Assembly (NCBI GenBank): GCA_963789435.1
Contig: CAWBKO010000001.1
Location: forward strand, 174,417 to 238,416
From: an uncultured Chloroflexia bacterium
GTDB taxonomy: Bacteria > Chloroflexota > Limnocylindria > QHBO01
Length of the DNA stretch: 64,000 nt
Direction of reading: 5' to 3'
In this document: positions 33,629 through 42,642 of the stretch, piece by piece
Position numbering within the stretch: the stretch's first letter is position 1
How the letters are laid out: each line of letters starts with the position of its first letter
The notes under the pieces: generated by a model
Database searches by the model: none
Seen by the model: the letters and a program-made list of their open reading frames with translations, nothing else
What the model was told of the DNA's origin: nothing
Position numbers and translations under genes: made by a program

Positions 33629-34598
33629 ATGCGCGCCTCACGACTCGTCCAGCTGCTCCTCTTCCTGCAGACCCGGGGTCGAACGACGGCCGCCGTGCTG
33701 GCCCGCGAGCTCGAGGTATCCGAGCGGACGGTGCATCGTGACGTCGACGCGCTCAGCGCGGCCGGCGTGCCGATCTACGCCGAACGTGGGCCCCACGGCG
33801 GCATCCAGCTCATCGACGGCTACCGGACCCGGCTCACCGGGCTGACCGGCGAGGAGGCGGAGGCCCTGTTCCTGTCGGGACTGCCGGGACCGGCGGCCGA
33901 GCTGGGACTGGGGACCGTCGTTGCGGCGGCGCGCCTCAAGGTGCTCGCCGCGCTGCCCTCCGAGCTGCGGGTGCGCGCGTCGCGACTGGTCGAACGATTC
34001 CACCTCGACGCCGCGGGCTGGTTCCACGCGAGCGAGGAGGTCCCGCATCTCGCCGTCCTGGCCGATGCGGTCTGGGAGTCCCGTCGCATCCGGATCACCT
34101 ATCGCCGCGGCGACCAGGCAGTGGAACGCTCCCTCGACCCGCTCGGCCTCGTGCTGAAGGCCGGGACCTGGTACCTGGTGGCCAACTCCGAGGGCCAGGC
34201 CCGCACCTACCGGGTCTCGCGCATCAGCAGCGCGGTCGCCAGCGAGGAGGTCGTCCCCAGACCGCCAGGACTTCGACCTGCCCGCCTACTGGGACGAGTC
34301 GATCACCGCGTACGAGCGCGATGCGCCGCGCATCGCCATCACCATCCGCATCGATCCGTCCGTGCTGGGCGTCCTCGCCGACGCAGTGGGCGGCCAGGCC
34401 GTGCGCCAGGCCGAGAGGATCCCGGCGAACGATGCCGAGGGATGGGTCCACCTGCGCGTGACGGCGGACTGGCCGGAGGAGGTGCCCGGCCGCCTCATCA
34501 TGCTCGGCAGCCGGGCGGAGATCCTCGATCCCCCCGAGGTTCGTGAGCGCGCGATCCTCCTGGCGCGCCGAATGCTCGAGCGGCACGCCGCCCTCTAG
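33629..34598 (+). CDS. YafY-family transcriptional regulator (N-terminal wHTH plus WYL domain plus C-terminal WCX-like domain). Frameshift ~34260
   Basis: MRASRLVQLLLFLQTRGRTTAAVLARELEVSERTVHRDVDALSAAGVPIYAERG, WYL region RIRITYRRGDQAVERSLDPLGLVLKAGTWYLVANSEG. Confidence 0.8.
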
Positions 34599-34817
34599 CG
34601 TCGGTCGGTCCGCCTCGACGGCAGTCGCACCCATCGGGTACGACCCTCGAGGAGGAGGCGCCGTCGGGCCTGATCCGCCACGGCCCGCTCACGGTCGTCG
34701 ACGAGCGCTCGGATGAACTCTGGATTCAACATCGGTGCCTGTGTCCTTCATCGCATGTACACCATCACCGTACTGCCGGTTCATGCCAGAACCTGTCGAC
34801 TATCTCCGGCGAGAAGA

Positions 34818-35327
34818 TCAGAGTGCGCCGGCAACCGCCGAGATCACGGAAACGACGAACCAACCGAGCAGCAGGACGATGGCGACGATGAGGCCGATGA
34901 GCCCGCCGAGGACGAGCCAGTCGTTCCGGGTCGAGGTCTCGGGGTGCTCGAGGTGGCGGCGGACGATGGCGAGGTTCCGCGTGTTGGCCTTGAACCACAG
35001 GTCGAAGGCGTCGCCAAGCAGGGGTATCGAGCCGATCGCGATGTCGATCACCGAGTTGGCGAGCATGCGCGCCACCACGACGCGCGGCAGCCCGAAGCGC
35101 GACGCCCGCCAGACCACGAAGAGGCCGATCCCGCCGCTCAGCACGTCGCCGACGACCGGAACGAAGCCGATCAGCGCATCGATGCCGAATCGACGCCCCG
35201 TGCCCGGCACGGGGATGCTGTTGTCCAGGAGCCAGGCGATGGCCTCCACTTCGGCGAGGCCACGCGGCCGTTCGGCGTACGCCGGCGGGAGTCGATTGAC
35301 GGTGCGCATGTGGCCCTGACCATGCAC
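34818..35327 (-). CDS. DUF4112-family membrane protein
   Basis: GRRFGIDALIGFVPVVGDVLSGGIGLFVVWRA, then hydrophobic helices. Confidence 0.6.
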   Translation of the reverse strand: MHGQGHMRTVNRLPPAYAERPRGLAEVEAIAWLLDNSIPVPGTGRRFGIDALIGFVPVVGDVLSGGIGLFVVWRASRFGLPRVVVARMLANSVIDIAIGSIPLLGDAFDLWFKANTRNLAIVRRHLEHPETSTRNDWLVLGGLIGLIVAIVLLLGWFVVSVISAVAGAL

Positions 35328-35422
35328 GTGCGGTGCCCTCGGTGTCGAGCAGGACGGATGACGTAGCCGACAGCGGCCGTTATAGGTGTCGACAGCCGCG
35401 TCAAAATCTGGATACTCCTCGC

Positions 35423-35854
35423 ATGAACGCCGTGCCCCGCGCAGCCGTGCCGCCGATGCCGTCCGCTCCGACCACGTCTCGCGTGCTCGGCGTCGGCGTG
35501 CTGCGGGCTCTCCTGCTCGGGGAGGCCGTCCTCGGACTCATCCTGGCGATCGAGCTGAGCATGCTGGCGTCGAACGATGCCAGCGCGTCCGGCGAACAGA
35601 CGTTGCGCTTCGCAGCCGGGTTCGCATTCCTCTTCGCGATCTTTGCCGCCTTCGCGTCGCGCGGCGCACGCCGCCGACGCCCCGGCTCGTGGACCCTGGC
35701 GGCGATTCTCCAGCTGGTCCTGGCGATCGGGACCGGGATCGCCATCCTGGTGGCGACCTGGCATCCCGTCTACCTGGTCGGGTTCGCGCTCGCGGCGGTC
35801 GTGATGCTCGTCCTCTCGACCTCGTCGGTGCGGCGAGCGCTCGGCCAGGAGTAA
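35423..35854 (+). CDS. Hypothetical polytopic membrane protein (4 TM)
   Basis: LLGEAVLGLILAIELSMLA..., FLFAIFAAFA, LQLVLAIGTGIAILVA, LVGFALAAVVMLVL. Confidence 0.4.
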   Translation: MNAVPRAAVPPMPSAPTTSRVLGVGVLRALLLGEAVLGLILAIELSMLASNDASASGEQTLRFAAGFAFLFAIFAAFASRGARRRRPGSWTLAAILQLVLAIGTGIAILVATWHPVYLVGFALAAVVMLVLSTSSVRRALGQE

Positions 35855-35921
35855 TCGGCAGCGACGGGCTCGCCGCAGTTCCTGACATATGTGGTCATGA
35901 TCCCGCGCTAGTCTGAGCTCG

Positions 35922-36938
35922 ATGCCGGACCTCAATCCACACGATCCCGGCCCGCAGCTGGCCGGTGACCGCGGCGAGGCGCACGCCACCGCAGCGCGCG
36001 AGCCGCTGGCGATCGGACGCGCGAGCGTCCGCATCGGCACCGCCTCATGGACCGATCCGACCATGACCGCCCCCGGCGTCTTCTATCCGCCCGATGCCGG
36101 CACCGCCGAGGATCGGCTCGTCTATTACGCCAACCAGTTCCCGCTGGTCGAGGTGGATGCCACCTACTACGCGCTCCCGTCGCGTCGCACCGGCGAGCTG
36201 TGGCTGGAGCGGACGCCGGCGGACTTCACGTTCGACATCAAGGCGCATGCCCTGATGACCGGACAGCCCTCCGAGGTGAGCCGGCTGCCGAAGGACCTGC
36301 GCGAGGAGCTGCCGGCCGAGATCCTCGACAAGAAGCGCGTCTACGCGCGCGAGCTGCCCAACGAGATCGAGGACGAGATCTGGGCGCGGTTCATGGACGG
36401 CATCGAGCCCCTTCGCAGCTCCGGCAAGCTGGGCGCGATCTTCCTCCAGTATCCACGCTGGTTCTTCCCGACGAACGAGTCACGAGACGAGATCGTGAAG
36501 GCTCGGGAGCGCCTCGGCGACACCCCCTTCGCGGTCGAGCTGCGTCACGCGAGCTGGTTCAACGAGAAGAACGCGGAGCGAACGATCCGCTTCCTCGAGA
36601 AGTACGAGATCCCATTCGTGATGGTCGACGCTCCGCCGGGGACGAAGTCATCGGTTCCCCCGATCACGCTCGTCAGCTCGCCGAAGATGGCCGTCGTCCG
36701 CTTCCACGGACGGCGCACGGAGACGTGGGAGAAGTCCGGCATCCCGGTCGTCGAGCGCTTCCGCTACCTCTATGACGAATCGGAGCTCGGCGAGTGGGTC
36801 CCGCGCATCCGCGAGGCGGCCGCGGAGGTGCCGGAGGTGCACATCCTGATGAACAACTGCTACGCCAACTATGGGACGACCAACGCGCGCGAGATCGCCG
36901 ATCTCCTCGCGGCCGAGGTACCGCGCCTGGATCGCTGA
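35922..36938 (+). CDS. DUF72 (UPF0759/YecE-like) family protein, 338 aa, intact
   Basis: VRIGTASWTDP...YYANQFPLVEVDATYYALPS...GAIFLQYPRWFFPT...MNNCYANYGTTNAREIADLL. Confidence 0.85.
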   Translation: MPDLNPHDPGPQLAGDRGEAHATAAREPLAIGRASVRIGTASWTDPTMTAPGVFYPPDAGTAEDRLVYYANQFPLVEVDATYYALPSRRTGELWLERTPADFTFDIKAHALMTGQPSEVSRLPKDLREELPAEILDKKRVYARELPNEIEDEIWARFMDGIEPLRSSGKLGAIFLQYPRWFFPTNESRDEIVKARERLGDTPFAVELRHASWFNEKNAERTIRFLEKYEIPFVMVDAPPGTKSSVPPITLVSSPKMAVVRFHGRRTETWEKSGIPVVERFRYLYDESELGEWVPRIREAAAEVPEVHILMNNCYANYGTTNAREIADLLAAEVPRLDR

Positions 36939-36955
36939 GCCGCTACCCTGAGCGG

Positions 36956-37738
36956 GTGGGGAAGGTTGGCGGGCCGCTCTGCCTGGTCCTGGCGATGACG
37001 CTGGCGGCCTGTACCTTCCCGCCGCCGCGCACGGCGACCCCATCGCCGTCGGCCTCACCCTCCCCCACCCCGACGCCGACGCCGGCCTCCACGCCATCCC
37101 CGACAGCCTCGCCCAGCCCAGCCGCGGCCGTGCCGGACTTCGCGGCCGGCGAGATCGTCTCGACCACCATCGACGGGCTGCGCGTGCGCGGCCTGCCCGG
37201 ACTCGAGGCGCGCGTCGTCACCGGCCTGCTTCCCAACGCCTTCGCGCTGCGCGTGGTCATGGGACCCATCCCGGTGGACGACCTCGGCTGGTATCTCGTA
37301 GCCGACGCCGACGCGCGCGAGCCCGACTTCAGTGAGGGCTGGGTCGCGGCCGGGTTCGAGCCCGAGCCGCTGCTTGCCGCAACCGGCGAAACCGTGGCGG
37401 ACTCGCCGTACGTCGCCTCCATGGACCAGGTCGGCGATGCGGAGCAGGGGCCGATCGAGATCGGATCCGGGGATCACGCGATTCGCTGGATCGCGCTGGA
37501 TCCGGAGCACGTCCGGTGCTCGTTCGGTGTCTCATTCACCCCGGCTGGCGCGGCGGACCCAATTCCCGCCATTCGGGCCACCATCGGCACGGGGGTCGAT
37601 CGGGGTACGTTGCAGCCGCAGTCGTTCGCCGCGCTCAACCTCAGCGGTCCCGTCTTCGCGAACGTGACATCGGACTGCGCCTGGGCGCTGGTGATCGTTC
37701 GCATCCTGCCGGAGGCGACACCCTCGCCCTCGCCCTGA
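36956..37738 (+). CDS. Lipoprotein (lipobox LAAC) with a PT-rich linker and an uncharacterised globular domain. GTG start
   Basis: VGKVGGPLCLVLAMTLAAC then [20 protein letters not shown], followed by a domain without recognisable family. Confidence 0.55.
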   Translation: MGKVGGPLCLVLAMTLAACTFPPPRTATPSPSASPSPTPTPTPASTPSPTASPSPAAAVPDFAAGEIVSTTIDGLRVRGLPGLEARVVTGLLPNAFALRVVMGPIPVDDLGWYLVADADAREPDFSEGWVAAGFEPEPLLAATGETVADSPYVASMDQVGDAEQGPIEIGSGDHAIRWIALDPEHVRCSFGVSFTPAGAADPIPAIRATIGTGVDRGTLQPQSFAALNLSGPVFANVTSDCAWALVIVRILPEATPSPSP

Positions 37739-37746
37739 GCCGCGGA

Positions 37747-38406
37747 GCTCCTGGGACCTAGCGGTTCGCGCCCTCCAGCGACTCCGTCAGCTCCGCATCG
37801 TTCGGGTCGTACAGGAGGCAGATGTAGCCGCGGTCGCCCGAGCTCCACGAGTCCTCAGAAGGCGTGATCATCGCGCCGTAGATCTCGGAGGATAGCGTAC
37901 GGGCGTCCCGACGTACGGCTCGAAGTCCGGCTCGCAGATCTGCGTGAAGATCGCATCCAGCGCACTGTCGGGCGGATACGTTCCGTCGCCCTCGTAATTC
38001 GAGAGCGCGAAGACCTCGTACTCGTGCGCCTGGTCGCAGGGGACGCCGTCGACGTCGCTGATCTCACCCTCTTCCGTGGTGTTGAAGCAGTCGCCCTCGC
38101 GCAGCTCATCCACGGACACGTTGCCGGCGGAGGCCAGCGAACCGTCGTCGCCGCGGCGGGCGGCCGTCAGGTAGCCAACCGCGAGCGCAATGGCGAGCAC
38201 CGGGATCCACCAGAAACGGATCCAGCGGCGCCAGCCCGGATCGGCGGTGGTGGTTGCCGCGCCACCCTGGGCCGCCCAGGCAGTCTGGTCGGCAGGTGTC
38301 GCCTCAGCCCCCCGAATCAGGCCGCAGCGGTGGCACGCGGAGTCCGTCTCATTGTTGTCCGCGTAGCATCGCTTGCAGACCCATCGCTCATTCACGGCGA
38401 GACTGT
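37747..38406 (-). CDS. Membrane protein with an N-terminal zinc-ribbon (CxxC...CxxC), one TM and an extracytoplasmic septum-formation-like Cys-containing domain. Two C-terminal frameshifts
   Basis: WVCKRCYADNNETDSACHRCG, WIRFWWIPVLAIALAVGYL, CDQAHEYEVFALSNYEGDGTYPPDSALDAIFTQICEPDFEPYVGTP...DSWSSGDRGYICLLYDP. Confidence 0.5.
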
Positions 38407-38979
38407 AGCCGATCCCGAACCTCGCTCGCGCCAGTACGTTTGGACGAAGCGCTCCTGGGCCTCGGTCTCGACAGCCATCGGGTGCCGCAGCTCCCGCACA
38501 CGTGCAATTGCGGCGTCCGCCTCCCAGCCGGCGGCGATGAGCGCGCATGCGGCCACCGTCCCGGTGCGGCCGACGCCGCCCATGCACGCAACCGCAACGT
38601 CTGCGCTCTCGCGGCCGTCCGCGACCGAGCGCAGGATCTCGTCCATCTCGGCCGTGCTCGCGGGAGGCGCTCCATCGGGCATCGGGTGACGCTCGATCTC
38701 GAGGCCGAAGCCGGCGGCGCGCTCGACGAGCTCAGCATCGCTCCACCGCGCGAGCTCCTCATCCTCGACGAGGAGGATCAACCGGGCAACACCCGCACGC
38801 TTGAGTGCGGCCAGGTCCCGCGCGAGGTCGGCGCGATATACATGGCCGGGGTAGCGCACGGACGGGCCGCGCTTGCCCGGCAGCACCGTCATCCCGATCC
38901 GCCCGGGCCGCCCATCCGCGAGGTCGCTCGCCGGGATCCAGTCGATCCGCGGCGGCGGATCGACGCCCGATTCGGACAC
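38392..38979 (-). CDS. Cys-based protein tyrosine/dual-specificity phosphatase (CX5R motif), 195 aa, intact
   Basis: VAVACMGGVGRTGTVAACALI (HCxxGxxR(T) P-loop), and the upstream D in HPMPDGAPP. Confidence 0.75.
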   Translation of the reverse strand: MSESGVDPPPRIDWIPASDLADGRPGRIGMTVLPGKRGPSVRYPGHVYRADLARDLAALKRAGVARLILLVEDEELARWSDAELVERAAGFGLEIERHPMPDGAPPASTAEMDEILRSVADGRESADVAVACMGGVGRTGTVAACALIAAGWEADAAIARVRELRHPMAVETEAQERFVQTYWRERGSGSATVSP

Positions 38980-39517
38980 CTAGTTGAGCTGGCCGTTGCC
39001 GCGCGAGCAGAAGTGGCCCTGCGGATCCAGCGGTTCGCCGCAGAACGGGCAGGCAGGACGGCCGGACACCACGAGCGCCTCAGCCCGCTGTACGAAGGCG
39101 CGTGCGCTCGGGCGCGTCGATCCGGACGCGGAGGAGATCCGGACCCTCCTCGGCGTCGTCGGGCAGCTCCGCGTACTCGCCGTCATCGGTCGGCGTCTGT
39201 GCCTCGATGACCACGGCCTCCTTGCTCGCATCCCACGCAAGGGCCATCGCTCCAACCCGGAACAGCTCGACCACGGGCTCCTCGAGCGGAAGCTCGTCGG
39301 CGGCTTCGGACTGCGCGGGCGCGTCGACCGCGTCGAGCAGGTCGTCGAGCCGCTGGGCAAGCGCCACCACCTGCACCTTCTCGAGGCCCACGCTGATCAA
39401 TGCGCCGCCCTTGCGCGCCTGGAGATAGAAGGACCGATCGCCCGGCTCCCCGACCGTCCCTGCCAGGAACCGATCCGGTCCGTCGAAGATGAAGAGTCGT
39501 CGTGTCATCGGCCTCAT
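38980..39517 (-). CDS. DUF3090-family protein with a C-terminal zinc ribbon. Frameshift ~39100
   Basis: RRLFIFDGPDRFLAGTVGEPGDRSFYLQARKGGALISVGLEKVQVVALAQRL and the C-terminal CPFCGEPLDPQGHFCSRGNG. Confidence 0.75.
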
Positions 39518-39613
39518 CGTAGCGGTTGCCGACCCGGTAGAGTTTCGGTGCAGATGAGCACCATCGCGATCTGACCGATGCGACAGCGGCTCCGCCCATT
39601 CCGCGACCGCGCC

Positions 39614-40190
39614 ATGGCTCGTCGACCCGACGATGACTCGCTTCCCCTCTCGCCCCGAGCGCGCCGGATCGGGGGATGGATCGCGGCGGCGCTGCTGGTC
39701 GGCGGCATCGCGCTCGCGTTCCGGATCCTCGGCGGCAACGGCGACGGAACGGTCATCGATGCATCGCCCTCGGGCTCGACCGGATCGTCCGCGCAGAGCA
39801 TCACGTTCGGGACGGCGCTCGACCCGGCCACCGGCGAAGTGGCGGCAGACGCCCGCACCGAGCGCTTCGCCGACGGCGACACCTTCGTCTATTCGGTGAC
39901 CCCGTCGGGATCGGTTCCAGCAACGCGTCTACGTCGAGGTGGAACGGACCGACGGTGGCGCGGCCGAAGTGGTCCAGGAGCCGGTCGAGGGCCAGCCATT
40001 GCCGAATCCGACGGTCATCGCCTTCACCGTTCCGGCGTCCAACCTGCTGGACGGTCTTCGGCCCCGGCCGGTACCTGATGACCATCTACGCCGAGCCCGG
40101 CGGCAGACGCGCTCGCGGAAGGGTCGTTCGAGCTGGTCGCACCCGCGGGCAGCCCGACCGCCAGCCCTCCGGCCAACAGCCCCCCCGGCC
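39614..40190 (+). CDS. Membrane-anchored hypothetical protein, frameshifted. 3' end uncertain
   Basis: RRIGGWIAAALLVGGIALAF TM, then a Ser/Thr/Gly-rich extracytoplasmic region. Confidence 0.35.
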
Positions 40191-40318
40191 GTAGCGCCAT
40201 AGGGACAGAGAAAGGGACCGGAGACGTGCCCCATCTCCGATCCCAATTTGGCAAGCCGGCGTGCCCATCCGACTCGTCTCTGCGCAGAGTACGGTCCCCC
40301 AACCGCACCTGTCAACAC

Positions 40319-41618
40319 TCAATTGACCGATAGCGCCTCGCTGGTGAGCTCATAGGCTCCTCGGTGGTCGCCCGCATCGGCCCGCAGATCGGCCCACTCG
40401 CGGAGGACCTCGCGAAGGCGGAGCGGAACGCGACTCGAACGGGCAAGCGTCGCCGCATCGGCGAATCGCTGCTCTGCTGCCGGCAGCTGGCCGTCGGCGC
40501 GCAGTGCGCGCGCTTCGGTGAGCATGGCAGCCAGGCTGGCGAGCTCGTTGCCGCTGCGTGTGGCGTAGCCACGCGCGTCGGCCGCGAGGCGCAGCGCACC
40601 GGCCGTGTCACCGGCCGCCAGCGCGACCTGGGCCTCGGTATCGGCGACCGCTGCCATCCAGCGTTCGTCTCCGGTGCTCTCGATCTGGGCGCGTGCCTCG
40701 CTCGCGAGCTCTCGGGCACGATCGATCTGGCCGACCGCCAGGTAGGCGAGCGCAAGGTCGTTCTCGATGCGTGCCGACTCGAAGATCGCCCCGGCGGCGC
40801 GGTAGAGGGCCATGCCCTGTGTTCCTGCACGAATGGCAGCCTCGAAGTCGCCGACCTCTCGGTAGCCGATCGCGAGATTGAACAGGAATGCGGCGCGGCG
40901 CCGGTCGTCCAGGTCGGCCGCCAGCCCGCGGGCCTCCTCGAGATAGGCGAGCGCGCGGGGAGCCTGGCCGGCGCGTGACTCCACGGCCGCCAGCGAGGTG
41001 AGCAGGCGCATCTCGAAGTCGGGCTCAACGTGCAGCCCGCCGCGGACCTGTTCGAGCAGTGCGTTCAGCAGGCTGCGCGCGTCTGGCTCGTTGTCCGACT
41101 GGTAGAGGCCGTAGGCGAGCCAGTAGCGTGCGAGCGCGGCATCTCCATCGCGGGAGGCCAGCCCGTAGATGCGCGCGGCCTCCGACGCGGCGGCGATCGT
41201 CTCCTTGCCGCGATCGAGGCGGGCGAGCGCCTCGGCGAGGCCACGCAGCAGATCGGCGCGTGATGCCTCGTCCGGCGAGTCCGCGAGCAGGGCGCTGATA
41301 TCCGTCGGCCGCCACCTGCCACTCGCCGGCGGCGAGCTGCATGTCGACCTCGAGGCGCGTCCACGCCGGATGGGCCTCGTCGATGAAGTGGCTGGCCGGC
41401 AGGTTGAGCCGCTCGGCGATGTGGTTGAGGGCGACCATCGACGGTCGCGCGATGCCCGTCTCGAGGGCGCTGACGTACGCCTTGGTGTAGCGATCACCGG
41501 CGACCTGCTGCTGGGTGAGCCCGGCACGGTGGCGGGCCTCGCGAATCCGCTGACCGATGCGATGCGCGAGCTCGCGGTCGCTCTCGGTGGCTCGGGCGGT
41601 CGTCTTCGTCCTCGGCAT
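40319..41618 (-). CDS. XRE-family HTH plus tetratricopeptide-repeat (TPR) regulator (Rgg/RNPP-like architecture). Frameshift ~41300
   Basis: HTH ELAHRIGQRIREARHRAGLTQQQVAGDRYTKAYVSALETGIARPSMVALNHIAERL, followed by about 300 aa of degenerate TPR-like helical repeats (AYLEEARGLAADL...ALAYLAVGQIDRARELA...). Confidence 0.8.
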
Positions 41619-41797
41619 GGCGAGCAGTCTACACCCGGTTGGCAAGCCTCATTTGACCGGAGACTGACCCGATCGTACTGCCCGAATCACTTCAACCGGG
41701 ACCGTCGGGTCATTGTCCGTCGCCGTGCCCGGCGCGACGGTGCCAGAGCGCAACTCCCCGGTGGACGGGGTGGGCGTTTCCAGTCAAGGAGAGTCAG

Positions 41798-41923
41798 ATG
41801 CGTTCGAAGCGAATCCTGCGCTCCCTCGTGGTCGCCGGCACGGCAGCGGCGCTGAGCATCCTCAGCATCGTCTCGACCGTCATGGCCGTCACGGGCGGCG
41901 GCGATTTCCCCCGCGTCCGCTAG
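41798..41923 (+). CDS. 41-aa pre-peptide with a signal-peptide-like N-terminus, divergent from the XRE-TPR regulator. Candidate secreted signalling pro-peptide
   Basis: Canonical AAGGAG RBS 6 nt before ATG. MRSKRILRSLVVAGTAAALSILSIVSTVMAVTGGGDFPRVR. 36 of 41 codons end in G/C. Not in the ORF track because it is under 60 aa. Confidence 0.45.
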   Translation: MRSKRILRSLVVAGTAAALSILSIVSTVMAVTGGGDFPRVR

Positions 41924-41984
41924 GCGAAGCACCCGCCCGGACGTTCCGTCCGGGCCTTGAGCGATCGGCCCTTGATTCCGGCGG

Positions 41985-42573
41985 CTAGTGCCCGTGCTGG
42001 TAGTAGGGGTTCGCGCCTGCCTCGTGGTCGGTGACGTCGACGATCGCCTGGATCGCCGGTACCGCGGCGCGGATGGCCGTCTCCACGCCCTGCTTCAGGG
42101 TCACGTCCACGGCGGCGCAGCCCTGGCAGCCACCGCCGAACCGCATGAACGCGGTCCCGTCCTTCACCTCGACCAGCGTCACCTGCCCGCCGTGTGAGCC
42201 GACGCCCGGGTTGATCTGCCGATCGATGACCTCCTGGACGGCGCGCGCCACGGGGTCCTGCCAGCCCTCGTTCGGGTTGGCGATGCGCAGCCCGCCGCCG
42301 GTGACCGCTGGATCGAGCTCGATCGTTGCGCCCGCAAGATCGGTGGCCGTCGCGCGGATCGAGCACGACCGTCAGGCCGTCCGACTCGACCGCCAGGTCG
42401 TCGGCCGCGCGCTCACGCGGATCCTCGAGCGCGATCTCGTACCGGAACCGCGGCCCGTCCTTGGCGAGGATGCGGACGCGCAGGACCGCTTCGGGGAATT
42501 CGTTGAAGGTGCGGACGCCGTCGATCTTGGTGCGGGCGTCCGGGCTGATGGTGAGCAGCTGATCGATCATCAC
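41985..42573 (-). CDS. NifU/Nfu-family Fe-S cluster scaffold protein. Frameshift ~42340
   Basis: C-terminal Nfu domain VQEVIDRQINPGVGSHGGQVTLVEVKDGTAFMRFGGGCQGCAAVDVTLKQGVETAI. Confidence 0.7.
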
Positions 42574-42642
42574 GCACCATGCTACCTCGTTCAGCCGAGT
42601 GGCGGCAGGTCCTGCTCATCGGTGAGCACCGGGGCGAAGGGA

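Noticed and set aside
40195-40330. ncRNA between convergent genes (hairpins GTCAACACTCAATTGAC at 40311-40327 and GGACCGGAGA-N9-TCTCCGATCC at 40217-40245)
   Set aside because: They most likely act as bidirectional terminator structures for the two convergent genes. There is no conserved riboswitch or sRNA signature
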